Assembly: GCA_000175855.1 (NCBI GenBank)
Contig: ACYB01000042.1
Coordinates: forward strand, 60,001-92,000
DNA length: 32,000 bases
Direction of reading: 5' to 3'
Source of the DNA: Raphidiopsis brookii D9
GTDB taxonomy: Bacteria; Cyanobacteriota; Cyanobacteriia; Cyanobacteriales; Nostocaceae
The translations under genes and the position numbers were made by a program. The notes under the pieces were generated by a model that saw only the letters and a program-made list of their open reading frames with translations, was not told the origin of the DNA and did not search any database. Shown here piece after piece: positions 1-10,040 of this stretch; the first letter of the stretch is position 1, and each line of letters begins with the position of its first letter.

Positions 1-829
1 ATATTTCTATCTGCTAATAGCTGACTATCTAATTCCTCATTCTCTAATTGATTGTTGGCTGCTCCTGCAATAATATTAGCTTGCAATTTGGGAATGGTGC
101 GACTATTAATTATTCCTCCTAAAGCACAGGGAGCAAATATATCAACATCTAATTCATAAATTTCTTCCACATCTACAATATTTACCGGATATAACCTCTC
201 AACTTCTGCCAGTTTATGATTAGATATATCACTGACAAAAATTTCCACTTCCTGGTGGGATAAAATTTCGCAAAGGTTTTTACCCACGTTGCCTACTCCT
301 TGAATAGCCACTTTTAAACCCTGGAGATTTTTCTTTCCCCAGTAGAAATCTACTGCTGCTTTCATCCCTGCTTCTACTCCCACTGCGGTAGGATAGCTAG
401 AACCACCGTATGTGGATATTAAGCCAACCATGTAGGGTGTTTTTCACCTATTTTATGGGCATCTTCCCAGGAAATATTTACATCTTGTCCAGTAATAAAA
501 CTCCCTCTAAAACTATTGATAAAACTCCCGTATGCACTAAATAACTTATTATTTTTCTGTTCTGGATCGGCTATAATTACTGCTTTACCACCACCCATGG
601 GAATATTGGCACAAGCTGCTTTATAGGTCATGGAATAACTCAAGCGCAGGGCATCCTTGAGAGCATCTTCTTCTGTGGAATATGGCAATAATCTTGTCCC
701 CCCTAGGGCTACCCCCGAACCTAAATTAGTATTGTGGATGGCGACAATAGCTTTCAATCCTGATTCCTGGTCATAACAGAATGTTACTTGCTTGTGTCCC
801 ATTTCAGCAATTTTTAAAAATATTTCCAT
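1..829 (-). pseudogene. Leu/Phe/Val (Glu-family) amino-acid dehydrogenase, ScyB/leucine dehydrogenase-like; frameshifted and truncated by window start
   Basis: ORF 419..829 encodes a Glu/Leu/Phe/Val dehydrogenase N-terminal domain (GSGVALGGTRLLPY, KAACANIPMGGGKAVI). Translation continues in another frame below 440 as MVGLISTYGGSSYPTAVGVEAGMKAAVDFYWGKKNLQGLKVAIQGVGNVG (NAD-binding domain). One extra A in the A5 tract (minus strand, + coords 440-444) joins the two frames. Probably sequence error rather than true decay. Confidence 0.8.
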
Positions 830-876
830 GGTATTTCCCTCCGTGGATTAACATCTAAAGCTCCCCTAATTGTGTT

Positions 877-2499
877 TTATTTCAAAATTTGAGTAAATAG
901 GGTTTTTAGTCTTTGTAAAGCTGGTGAAATATCATCTGCAGAAATTCTCACATCTAAAATGCTAAAATTTTCACTTTCTTTGGCTATACTTAAGGCTCTT
1001 CTGAGTTCTAATCCTGTACGAATTACAAAGCCATTGCCTCCCAAAACTTTAGCCAAATCACCATAGTCAATTGTACTAATATTTAGGAATTCCGCATTCT
1101 CATGTCCCATAGCCCTTAAGGAAGCAAATGAACTATTATTAATAATAATTACTATGGGGTTCATTCCCAGTCTTTTAGCTGTTAATAGTTCCATTCCTGT
1201 CATTTGGAATGCACCATCACCTACTAATGCCAACACCCGACGAAAGGGATCCGCTAATTGGGCACCTATTATTGCCGGAATGGCAAAACCCATGCTGGCA
1301 TAAAAAGCAGGAGCTAAATAGCTTGTTCCCTGTTTGGTTTGAATATCATCTGCTGCAAATAAACTGTCTCCTACATCTGTGATCATTATGGTTTTATGAT
1401 CAATGAATTGATTAATTTCATAAATTAATCCACCCATAGATATATTATCTACGTTCTCCTCCACTCGCGGGTGCATCCTATAAGTATTTGGGAATTGAAA
1501 ATGTGGTAAATGGGGATTTTTTAATAGTCCCGTAATGAAGTCGATAAATAAAATGTTCTGATATTCATGATGTTTAATGGCAATCCGTTCTGAAGTGGCA
1601 GATATGGTATGTTTTTGGTTAATATGGGCGGTAAACATTCCTAGGTTAATATCTGTCATGAATACCCCTAACATTAATAAACAGTCGGATTCTTCCACTA
1701 TTTTGTTAATATTTTTGTCTCCCGCTTCACCATTGTAAATGCCTAGATATTGGGGATGGGTTTCAGGAAACACTGATTTTCCCAACATGGTGGCACAAAT
1801 CGGTACACCCAATTTTTCTGCAAGTGCTAACAGTTGTACTTGTAACCCAAAACGATGTACTTCCACACCCGCTACAATTACTGGTGATTTGGCTTTTTCT
1901 AGTATTTCTAATGTTTCCGATACGGCCTCGTTTAAGCTATCTATATCCGTGTGCTTTACTGGTACTCTTTCATAATCCACTTCCGGTAACTCCGCGTACA
2001 CCATATCACGAGGTATTTCCAAGTATACAGGGCGTTTGAATGTTTTTGCATAATCAATAGCACGATGGATTTTTCTCTCAGCTGTTTCTATATCAGTGAT
2101 AGCACTGGCATAAACCGTTATTTCTTCATAAACTCGTCTTTGACTGTCAAAGGTTTTTACTTTGTGATGTAGTAGGGTATCTTGTCTTCTTTCTTTTATT
2201 CCTGGACTGCCACTTAAAATTACTAATGGTGACTTCTCAGCATAGGCACCTGCTACAGCATTAACCATGTTTAACCCACCTACTCCATAGGTAACTACTG
2301 CCAGACCTAAACCCCGAATACGGGCATAAGCGTCAGCGGCAAAACCTACACTTGGTTCATGGGTCATAATTACTGGTGTAATTTTGCTCTCTGCTAAGGC
2401 ATCATATAAGGTAAGGGCAAAATCACCGGGTATGCCAAACGCGTGTTCTATACCGTGCTGGTGTAAAATATGAAATATATGAGGTGCCAATTGGGGCAT
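877..2499 (-). CDS. Thiamine-diphosphate-dependent 2-oxoacid decarboxylase family protein (indolepyruvate/pyruvate decarboxylase-like; ScyA-like context)
   Basis: ThDP enzyme hallmarks: N-terminal GIEHAFGIPGDF, catalytic Glu in THEPSVGFAADAYAR, and a ThDP motif GDGAFQMTGMELLTAKRLGMNPIVIIINNSSF. Followed directly by the amino-acid dehydrogenase gene on the same strand. Confidence 0.85.
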   Translation of the reverse strand: MPQLAPHIFHILHQHGIEHAFGIPGDFALTLYDALAESKITPVIMTHEPSVGFAADAYARIRGLGLAVVTYGVGGLNMVNAVAGAYAEKSPLVILSGSPGIKERRQDTLLHHKVKTFDSQRRVYEEITVYASAITDIETAERKIHRAIDYAKTFKRPVYLEIPRDMVYAELPEVDYERVPVKHTDIDSLNEAVSETLEILEKAKSPVIVAGVEVHRFGLQVQLLALAEKLGVPICATMLGKSVFPETHPQYLGIYNGEAGDKNINKIVEESDCLLMLGVFMTDINLGMFTAHINQKHTISATSERIAIKHHEYQNILFIDFITGLLKNPHLPHFQFPNTYRMHPRVEENVDNISMGGLIYEINQFIDHKTIMITDVGDSLFAADDIQTKQGTSYLAPAFYASMGFAIPAIIGAQLADPFRRVLALVGDGAFQMTGMELLTAKRLGMNPIVIIINNSSFASLRAMGHENAEFLNISTIDYGDLAKVLGGNGFVIRTGLELRRALSIAKESENFSILDVRISADDISPALQRLKTLFTQILK

Positions 2500-2795
2500 T
2501 TTTTATTTTTCCTAGGTTGATTGAGTGATGGTAGCGACTAAATCCTCAGATTTTCTGTGTGTTAGTGTTTTTGTTATCCTAGTTATACAAGTTTATAGGG
2601 GATTATCCTCATTCTTGAGATACAAAGTTGAACGGTTGACTTTGTTGCTAAAAATGTAACCAAAGAAAATTTTTCTCCAGATCATGGCAAATTTTTTAAT
2701 TATCCAAATCCCATTCAAATCCCAAAATGTTTTGTGGTTTGATTCACAAATTAACGTATTAATGTACTAGTAATTCGCCAAGGAGTGCATGTCTA

Positions 2796-3551
2796 ATGTC
2801 TAGGATATCTACAAATACTTCACTGCCATTTCGGTTTAAGTTTAAGCAACTGGGAAAAATTGCCTATTTAAGTCTAGTAATTTCCAGCATATTTACCTTA
2901 CCAGCATCAGCTCAGGAAAAGGCTCAATTATGGCGCACATTAACTGTTAGTGGTAGCGGGGTAGAAACCATAGCCACCACTTTAACAAGAGTGAGTTTGG
3001 GTGTAGAAGTTCAGGGAAAAACCGCTCAAGAGGTCCAACAGGAAGCTGCTCGCAGATCCTCTGCAGTAGTGAATTTACTCAAGTCCCGTAAAGTTGAAAA
3101 GTTAGAAACTACCGGTGTCAGGCTTAATCCAGTTTATAGTTATACGAACAATATACAAAGTATTACTGGCTATGCTGCTAGTAACACGGTGGGTTTTCGC
3201 TTTGCTACTGATAAGGTTGGTTCCTTGTTAGATGAAGCGATCAAAACTGGAGCAAGCGAAATTAATGGTATTAGTTTTGTTGCTACGGATGAGGCTATTA
3301 ATGAAGCACAAAAACAAGCTCTAAGAAAAGCAACCCAGGAGGCTAGAAAGCAAGCCGAAGCAGTTCTCAGCAGTTTAGGTTTCCAGACCAAAGAAATAAT
3401 TAGCATTCAAATTAACAATGCTAGTGCACCACCTCCACCTATGTTACAAAGATCCCAAATGGTTAAGGCTTCCGCCTCGGATGCAGTTACTCCTATAGTT
3501 GGTGGTGAACAACAGGTGGAAGCGTCTGTAACTCTGCAAATCAGCTATTAG
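2796..3551 (+). CDS. SIMPL (DUF541) domain-containing exported protein
   Basis: Signal peptide-like N-terminus ending near PASAQ, then TLTVSGSGVETIATTLTRVSLGVEVQGKTAQEVQQEAARRSSAVVNLLK, typical of SIMPL-domain proteins. Confidence 0.85.
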   Translation: MSRISTNTSLPFRFKFKQLGKIAYLSLVISSIFTLPASAQEKAQLWRTLTVSGSGVETIATTLTRVSLGVEVQGKTAQEVQQEAARRSSAVVNLLKSRKVEKLETTGVRLNPVYSYTNNIQSITGYAASNTVGFRFATDKVGSLLDEAIKTGASEINGISFVATDEAINEAQKQALRKATQEARKQAEAVLSSLGFQTKEIISIQINNASAPPPPMLQRSQMVKASASDAVTPIVGGEQQVEASVTLQISY

Positions 3552-3606
3552 TTTATACTTATAGCTGTCTGTAAGGTTTAAATTACATACTAGTCAGACT
3601 ATCAAG

Positions 3607-4212
3607 TTAAACGCTGCATAGTTGATACCAAGTATTAGGACCCACAATACCGTCTACTGATAGGTCACGCTGACTTTGAAAAGCTTTAATAGCCGTTTCA
3701 GTCAGCGGTCCGAAAACACCATCGACCCGCACATTATAACCATTAGATATTAATAGGCGCTGCAGGACTCTAATCGCTAGACCAGAATCACCAAATCGGA
3801 GGGTTGGCATTTGAGGGCTATTATATGCCAAGTAATCCCTTGATGGGAATCTTTTTTTTGGGAGATTTGACCTGTCAGCTAACTGAAATCGTGGGGGTGA
3901 TTGGCGCTTTACTGGGCGTTTAGATGCTTGCTGCCATTTATAGGGATCAAGAATACCCACGCGTCCCTCACTTTTACCCATCAACCCTTTTCTAACTGTT
4001 CTGGGTATAGCTATTTTTTCCGTAATGGCCACTGTGATGAATTCAGGCGCTGCCATCCTGGATGTAATGCCGTCCGGTAATGGGGGAAAATGGCTATTTT
4101 TTTGCTCGTATTGGGCATTTTCCCCTTTTAATAGGCGTTCGTTTGGTAAATGGGGTAAATTCGTCTGTTTATTGTTGAATACCCCTATAATCAGCATTCC
4201 AATTTCGGTCAT
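3607..4212 (-). CDS. Peptidoglycan-binding (PG_binding_1) domain protein
   Basis: C-terminal LRFGDSGLAIRVLQRLLISNGYNVRVDGVFGPLTETAIKAFQSQRDLSVDGIVGPNTWYQL matches the PG_binding_1 repeat. Confidence 0.85.
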   Translation of the reverse strand: MTEIGMLIIGVFNNKQTNLPHLPNERLLKGENAQYEQKNSHFPPLPDGITSRMAAPEFITVAITEKIAIPRTVRKGLMGKSEGRVGILDPYKWQQASKRPVKRQSPPRFQLADRSNLPKKRFPSRDYLAYNSPQMPTLRFGDSGLAIRVLQRLLISNGYNVRVDGVFGPLTETAIKAFQSQRDLSVDGIVGPNTWYQLCSV

Positions 4213-4333
4213 TTCTGTTTATCTCATATTATATTAAGTAACTTTTGAATTGAAAAAATGACGTAATAGATAGTTTACTGGACAAATAATTGTTTATTCT
4301 TCATCCATGAGACTTTTTTTGGGTTGACCAAAT

Positions 4334-5404
4334 TTATGGATGGAAATAAAATGCAAAGCCCAAAACCGTATATGCTGCCAATAATAAAGTTCCTTCTAAC
4401 CAATTGGATTTGCCATCGGAACTAATGCTATTAGCAATTAAGACTGACACAGCTACTGCTACTAGTTCAAAAGGATTAAAGTCTAAATCCATTGGTTGTT
4501 TCATGAACCATCCGGATATTACCAGTACAGGTGCTACAAATAAAGCTATCTGCATGCTTGATCCAACAGCTACTGATAGTGAAAGATCCATTTTATTTTT
4601 CATGGCTACAGTTACTGCTGTGGCATGTTCCGCTGCGTTACCTACAATTGGTACTAATATCACCCCTGTGAATAATGCTGTTAGTCCTAGTTTAGATGTA
4701 GCTACTTCTAGTGAGTCCACTAATAGTTCTGATTCCAACGCCACTAATAAGGTACAAACCAACAATACACCAGTCCACAATGCAATATTTGGTTTTTGAT
4801 GGTTATTTTCCTCTTCTGTATCTGCTAAACCCACATCATATAGGTAAGCGTGGGTTTTCATAGAAAAAAGCAGGGTTAGACCATAAACTAAAATGAGCAC
4901 TACCGCTACAGCAAGAGAAAGATTTTGTAGCACATTCTCACTAATTCCTATAGAGGTATAATTCACTGCAGTTGGTAGTAAAATAGCTATTACCGCTAAA
5001 TTCATTGAAGAAGCATTCACTCTTGCAACTACAGATTCAAAACTCTGCTCTTTATAACGTATTCCACCTAAAAACATTGAAAGCCCCATAACCAGAAGCA
5101 GGTTACCGATAATTGATCCCGTAATACTGGCTTTCACCACATCTATTAGTCCAGCATTGAGCGCGACTAGAGCTATAATTAATTCTGTGGCATTGCCAAA
5201 AGTGGCATTTAATAAACCTCCTAACACTGGGCCCACAACCACTGCTATTTCTTCGGTGGCTGTGCCCATCCAAGCGGCTAATGGTAAAATTGCTAATCCA
5301 GCAGTGATAAATACTACTAATTCTCCCCACTCTAAGAAGTGTGCGGCTAAGGAAATAGGGATGAAAACTAGCAAAGTCAGGAAGATGATATTTTTAGTTG
5401 ACAT
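4334..5404 (-). CDS. cax: Calcium/proton exchanger (CaCA/Cax family)
   Basis: Two GNATELI/GNAAEH-type motifs (LNATFGNATELIIALVAL; VPIVGNAAEHATAVTVAMKNKMDLSLSVAVGSS) and multiple hydrophobic segments. Start placed at internal Met18 (MSTKNIIFLT) of the given 4334..5455 ORF; the longer start is possible. Confidence 0.88.
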   Translation of the reverse strand: MSTKNIIFLTLLVFIPISLAAHFLEWGELVVFITAGLAILPLAAWMGTATEEIAVVVGPVLGGLLNATFGNATELIIALVALNAGLIDVVKASITGSIIGNLLLVMGLSMFLGGIRYKEQSFESVVARVNASSMNLAVIAILLPTAVNYTSIGISENVLQNLSLAVAVVLILVYGLTLLFSMKTHAYLYDVGLADTEEENNHQKPNIALWTGVLLVCTLLVALESELLVDSLEVATSKLGLTALFTGVILVPIVGNAAEHATAVTVAMKNKMDLSLSVAVGSSMQIALFVAPVLVISGWFMKQPMDLDFNPFELVAVAVSVLIANSISSDGKSNWLEGTLLLAAYTVLGFAFYFHP

Positions 5405-5611
5405 TATTCTAGTTGTTGGTTCGTTGGTTTCAATTGTCACACGATTATTATACAATTTTATTTACGCCATGTAAAACCCCATTGTTCTTTTAAGTTTTTT
5501 TAAGATTGTCTCTCACCCTCTTAATACCAGTTAATACTAGATTTTGGTAGCAACCGGGTGGATATCAAAAGATTTTCCCTACAACCACAATTTTCTCCAG
5601 GTTAAGAATAT

Positions 5612-8317
5612 ATGACATCCGCTGCTGAATCTTCAGTAAATTCTGGGTCAACTCTTACTTTCCAAGTAGATGAGAATGACCAATCCACACTTAGTTATGA
5701 TCCCCTGACTAAACCCTGTGGTGTGTATGTGACTGTCCATGGTCACTTTTATCAACCACCAAGGGAAAATCCCTATTTGGATGCTATTGAACGTCAACCT
5801 AGTGCTACTCCTTTCCATGACTGGAATGAGCGTATTCATTGGGAATGTTATCGTCCTAATGCCTTTGCTAGAGTCTTAAATGACCGGGGTGAATTGTTGG
5901 GGATCGTCAATAATTATGAGTACATGAGTTTTAATATCGGTCCAACCCTTATGTCTTGGTTGGAACGCTACGATATGGAAGTTTATCAAAGAATATTAGA
6001 GGCTGATATTAGGAGTAGTCAAAGGCTCAATGGTCATGGCAATGCTATTGCCCAAGTCTATAATCACATAATTATGCCCTTGGCAAATGAAAGAGATAAA
6101 TACACTCAAATTCGCTGGGGTAAGGCGGACTTTAAATCTAGGTTTGGTCGGGACCCAGAAGGTATTTGGTTGGCAGAAACGGCTATAGATTATGCAACCA
6201 TAGCAGCTTTGATCTCCGAAGGAATTAAGTTTATTATTCTTGCTCCTTCCCAAGCTCAACGCTGTCGTCCTTTTCCTGCAGACCATGATCCCCATCCAGA
6301 ATGGCATGAGGTGGGTGGTAGTCAAATTGATCCTACCCGTCCCTATCGTTGTTATTTAAAACCTGGTTTCCAAACCACTTCTTCACCCTTAAGTGTGAGT
6401 AAAATAACCTCCCTACAGAGTACGGATGAGTTGCCCTATATTGATATCTTTTTCTACGATGGACCTATATCAAGAGATATGGGTTTTACTGATGTGGTTT
6501 ATAGTTCTAGTCATTTTACCGGGCGGGTGGGCGCTGCTATCCGTGGGGATCATCGTCTTGCTCAGTTAATATCTGTGGCTACTGATGGGGAAACTTTTGG
6601 ACACCACAAAAAGGGGACTGAGAAAACTTTGGCATACGCTTTTATTGGTGAGTTCCCCCGTCATGGTTGGACTGTCACTAATTTCGCTCACTATTTAAGT
6701 TTATATCCCCCCACCTGGGAAGTGGAGTTAAAACCTGTCACAGCGTGGAGTTGTGCCCATGGTGTGGATCGTTGGCAAGATGATTGTGGTTGTGGTGGGG
6801 AAGGAGGGGTCTGGCATCAAAAATGGCGCCAACCTCTACGTCAAGCTCTTAATTGGTTGCGAGATGAGTTAATTGCAGTCTATGAGGATTATGGTAGAAG
6901 GTTATTTCATGACCCCTGGTTGGCACGGGATGAATATATAGATATTCTCCGAGACCGCTCTAATGCTAATGTTCATCGTTTTCTCTCCCGTCATCAAACT
7001 CACAAACTGACTCCCAGTGAACAGGTGGATGCTTTGCGTTTATTGGAAATGCAGCGTCACTCTCTATTTATGTTTACCAGCTGCGGTTGGTTTTTTGAGG
7101 AGTTATCTAGACCGGAAGGAACTCAGGTTCTTCGTTATGCTGCTCGCGCTTTGGAGTTGGCCGGTGATATTGCAGGTGTACAGCTGGAAAAGGGTTTCCT
7201 CAAACGCTTGAGTCTAGCTCCTAGTAATGTGGAACAGTTTAAACATGGTGGTGAAGTTTATCGTCAGCTCGTACTGACCGCTCAAATCGGGTTTAAACAA
7301 GTTGCCGCTCACTATGCTATTACTTCTTTGTTTAATCATCACAATGGTACTGTCCCCACCCAGGAGTCTAGAAAACACTTGGAAGGTCATCAAAAACGTG
7401 TTTATTGCTACACTGCTGATCAGTTAGATTATCAAATACAGCGCATGGGTTCTCTAACTATGGCAGTTGGTCACTTAAAGTTAGTGTCGGAAATTACATG
7501 GGAAAGTGAAAATCTGGTGTTTGCAGTTTTGCATTTGGGAGGTTGGGATTTCCACTGCTGTATTCAGCAGTTTACCGGAAGACGAGATTATGGTCACCTC
7601 AAAGAAAATCTTTTGGCATCGCTACAACAAGCAAGTGCAGCTCATGCTATTGTTATGATGACTAAGATGTTTGGCGAACAGGCATTTAGTTTACAAAATC
7701 TTTTTGCAGAGGAACGCCACCGGATTATGCGCTTGCTAAGTCAGGAGACTTTAACTAGGTTAGACCAACTCTACACCCAAACCTATCGGGAAAATTATGG
7801 GGTAATTATGGCTTTTCATCGAGATGGTTTAACAGTCCCCCAAGAATTACAAGTAGCTGCTGAAATTGCTCTTGGTTATAGTTGTTTGACTATCTTGCGC
7901 TCTCTCGAACAGGATATTAACGATCCTCAGTTGAGTTATTCTCATGTCCTACAATTACAGGCGATCGCCACGGAGGCCAAACATTTACGTTGTCAATTAA
8001 AAATTCCTGAAGGAAAACAAATTTTAGAAAAATTAATTATGCGTCTATTATGGCAATTACTACATGAATCTAGCGGATACATGGATATTACCAGACTAGA
8101 AAAGTTGGAAAAGTTACTTGATGTTGGCAATGACTTAAACGTGGATATCTCTTTGGATAAATCCCAGGAACTGTACTTTAGCTGTTTACAGAGTCAAATT
8201 ATCCCTCAATATCTCAATCACCTCAACGGACGAGGAGAAGCTACACAGTACCATCAGTTGCTCAAGATCGGTGAAAAATTAGGTATTGATGTAAGTGATG
8301 TAAGTAACTATGGCTAG
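5612..8317 (+). CDS. GH57-family/DUF3536 glycoside hydrolase-like protein
   Basis: N-terminal VYVTVHGHFYQPPRENPYLDAIERQPSATPFHDWNERIHWECYRPNAFAR plus ATDGETFGHHKKGTEKTLAYAF, typical of large cyanobacterial GH57/DUF3536 proteins. Confidence 0.85.
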   Translation: MTSAAESSVNSGSTLTFQVDENDQSTLSYDPLTKPCGVYVTVHGHFYQPPRENPYLDAIERQPSATPFHDWNERIHWECYRPNAFARVLNDRGELLGIVNNYEYMSFNIGPTLMSWLERYDMEVYQRILEADIRSSQRLNGHGNAIAQVYNHIIMPLANERDKYTQIRWGKADFKSRFGRDPEGIWLAETAIDYATIAALISEGIKFIILAPSQAQRCRPFPADHDPHPEWHEVGGSQIDPTRPYRCYLKPGFQTTSSPLSVSKITSLQSTDELPYIDIFFYDGPISRDMGFTDVVYSSSHFTGRVGAAIRGDHRLAQLISVATDGETFGHHKKGTEKTLAYAFIGEFPRHGWTVTNFAHYLSLYPPTWEVELKPVTAWSCAHGVDRWQDDCGCGGEGGVWHQKWRQPLRQALNWLRDELIAVYEDYGRRLFHDPWLARDEYIDILRDRSNANVHRFLSRHQTHKLTPSEQVDALRLLEMQRHSLFMFTSCGWFFEELSRPEGTQVLRYAARALELAGDIAGVQLEKGFLKRLSLAPSNVEQFKHGGEVYRQLVLTAQIGFKQVAAHYAITSLFNHHNGTVPTQESRKHLEGHQKRVYCYTADQLDYQIQRMGSLTMAVGHLKLVSEITWESENLVFAVLHLGGWDFHCCIQQFTGRRDYGHLKENLLASLQQASAAHAIVMMTKMFGEQAFSLQNLFAEERHRIMRLLSQETLTRLDQLYTQTYRENYGVIMAFHRDGLTVPQELQVAAEIALGYSCLTILRSLEQDINDPQLSYSHVLQLQAIATEAKHLRCQLKIPEGKQILEKLIMRLLWQLLHESSGYMDITRLEKLEKLLDVGNDLNVDISLDKSQELYFSCLQSQIIPQYLNHLNGRGEATQYHQLLKIGEKLGIDVSDVSNYG

Positions 8318-8328
8318 TTAAAAAAGTT

Positions 8329-8345
8329 GGGGGACAAGTTCCCCC
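8329..8345. terminator. Possible bidirectional terminator hairpin between convergent genes
   Basis: Perfect inverted repeat GGGGGA-caagt-TCCCCC in the 42-bp gap between the converging GH57 and DAHP synthase genes. No long T-tract directly adjacent. Confidence 0.4.
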
Positions 8346-8359
8346 TGGAATTAAGCTAG

Positions 8360-9439
8360 TTAAACAGATGAAAGAACTGGCTGATGCCAACGTCCCACAG
8401 CTTGACCAATTACGGAAAGTTCTTGCATTAACTGATCAAACCTATCTGGTGTGATGGATTGAGGTCCATCGGAAAGAGCCTTAGCTGGGTTGGGATGGAC
8501 TTCTATCATCAGGGAATCAGTACCAGCAGCAATTGCTGCCATAGCCATAGAAGGCACAAATTCTGCCCAACCTACACCATGGCTGGGATCAATCATTATG
8601 GGTAGATGGGTGAGTTTTCTTAATACTGGAACTACGGATAAATCTAGAGTGTTCCGTGTATACTGACGATCAAAGGTTCTAATTCCCCGCTCACACAAGA
8701 TTACATTAGGGTTACCTGCTGCCAATATATACTCGGCGGCCATGAGCCAGTCTTCAATCGTTGCGGCCATACCACGTTTTAATAACACTGGTTTTGACTG
8801 AGCTCCCACTTGTTTGAGTAAGGAGAAATTCTGCATATTTCTGGCTCCAACCTGAATCACATCAGCAACTTGGGCGATTTTCTCCAAATCCGCACCATCC
8901 ATTACCTCAGTAATAATTCCTAGTCCACTCACCTCCCGTGCTTTTGCCAATAACTCTAAAGCACTTTCACCATGTCCTTGAAAAGCGTATGGTGAGGTGC
9001 GGGGTTTATATGCTCCACCCCGCAAAAACTTGGCACCGCTAAGTTTCACTCTTAAAGCGGTTTCCACAATCATAGCTTCATTCTCCACAGAACATGGTCC
9101 TGCTACCACTACTATAGGATGATGTTCGCCAAACACCACGTTTCCATTGGGAGTGGTGACTACTACTTCTGAAGCTTCACCATGACGAAATTGCCTACTA
9201 GCTCTTTTATAAGGTACTTCTACCCTTAAAACCTGTTCTATCCATGGACTAAGTTCTTGAATTTGTAACGGGTCTAAATCTGCTGTTTCTCCTACTAGAC
9301 CTATTACTACCTTGTGTTTACCAATGATTTTTTCTGGTGTTAAACCCCATCCAGTTAGATCTGAACTTAAACGGTCTATTTCCACCTTTGGGGAACCTAC
9401 TTTCATGACAATGATCATTTTAACAGTCCCGTATTCCAA
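8360..9439 (-). CDS. aroF: 3-deoxy-7-phosphoheptulonate (DAHP) synthase, AroF/AroA-beta type
   Basis: VVVAGPCSVENEAMIVETA, RGGAYKPRTSPYAFQGHGESAL, VILCERGIRTFD and PIMIDPSHGVG are DAHP synthase signatures. Confidence 0.93.
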   Translation of the reverse strand: MEYGTVKMIIVMKVGSPKVEIDRLSSDLTGWGLTPEKIIGKHKVVIGLVGETADLDPLQIQELSPWIEQVLRVEVPYKRASRQFRHGEASEVVVTTPNGNVVFGEHHPIVVVAGPCSVENEAMIVETALRVKLSGAKFLRGGAYKPRTSPYAFQGHGESALELLAKAREVSGLGIITEVMDGADLEKIAQVADVIQVGARNMQNFSLLKQVGAQSKPVLLKRGMAATIEDWLMAAEYILAAGNPNVILCERGIRTFDRQYTRNTLDLSVVPVLRKLTHLPIMIDPSHGVGWAEFVPSMAMAAIAAGTDSLMIEVHPNPAKALSDGPQSITPDRFDQLMQELSVIGQAVGRWHQPVLSSV

Positions 9440-9564
9440 CTATTATTGATTTATACATTTGGTATTAATACCATTTAACCACATACGTGAGTAATTAAGT
9501 ACAGGCGAATGGGAGCATTGTTGCGTCAGGCACCATCTAGATACCTGATCGCGGTTGGTCAGAC

Positions 9565-10028
9565 CTACTTTTTTCGAGTTTCGCGCCAGACTTCAACCAT
9601 TCTACTCCAATTGGTGCCAAATTCACCTACACCCAGTAAAGTACCTGGATTATCTTCATCCCAGGAAGCAGAAAGCACACCGTAAGTTATTCCCAATACT
9701 CCCAACCCGAACAGTCCCATATTTACCAGTAACACCGCAATGGGGGGTAGTTGAATGTGAGCATAACTGACTAACAAATAGCTGACCACCAGTGTGCTAA
9801 TACCTAAACCCGTAGGTATGCCAGAAAAGGTTGCCACTCTGCGAATCATTCTTTGGCTTACTACTTGGGGAATCGCCATTTCCTCTTTAGTAAAGGGGGT
9901 TGGTTGGGCAATTTTTGTGGCGATTCCTCTGTCTTAACTACTGCTTTGGCAGAGACCTTTGAAGGTTTTTGACGCTTTTTGTTCGGTTCAAATGGTAAAC
10001 GACTGGGTTCTGATTCTTGAGCAGACAT
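9565..10028 (-). pseudogene. PAM68-family (DUF3464) protein, split by a 1-nt frameshift
   Basis: N-terminal MSAQESEPSRLPFEPNKKRQKPSKVSAKAVVKTEESPQKLPNQPP starts at 10028 in one frame. The conserved part (FTKEEMAIPQVVSQRMIRRVATFSGIPTGLGISTLV...WDEDNPGTLLGVGEFGTNW) is in another frame. Total length 464 nt, one short of a multiple of three. Adding one C (G tract at + 9895-9899) restores a 154-aa ORF. Confidence 0.85.
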
Positions 10029-10040
10029 AATTGGTAGTTC

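Noticed and set aside
1739-2039. Plus-strand ORFs inside the ThDP enzyme gene (1739..1975, 1824..2039)
   Set aside because: Antisense to a strong conserved CDS, no family resemblance; by-products of the opposite strand.
4404-5474. Antisense ORFs over the Ca2+/H+ exchanger
   Set aside because: Mirror translations of the conserved membrane protein; no independent evidence.
8290-8306. GATGTAAGT repeated twice at the 3' end of the GH57 gene
   Set aside because: Only two short copies, inside coding sequence (DVSDVSN); not a meaningful repeat element.
9565-9879. Taking PAM68 start at 9879 as correct
   Set aside because: Coding-like sequence with its own ATG at 10028 extends upstream and joins with a single-base correction.
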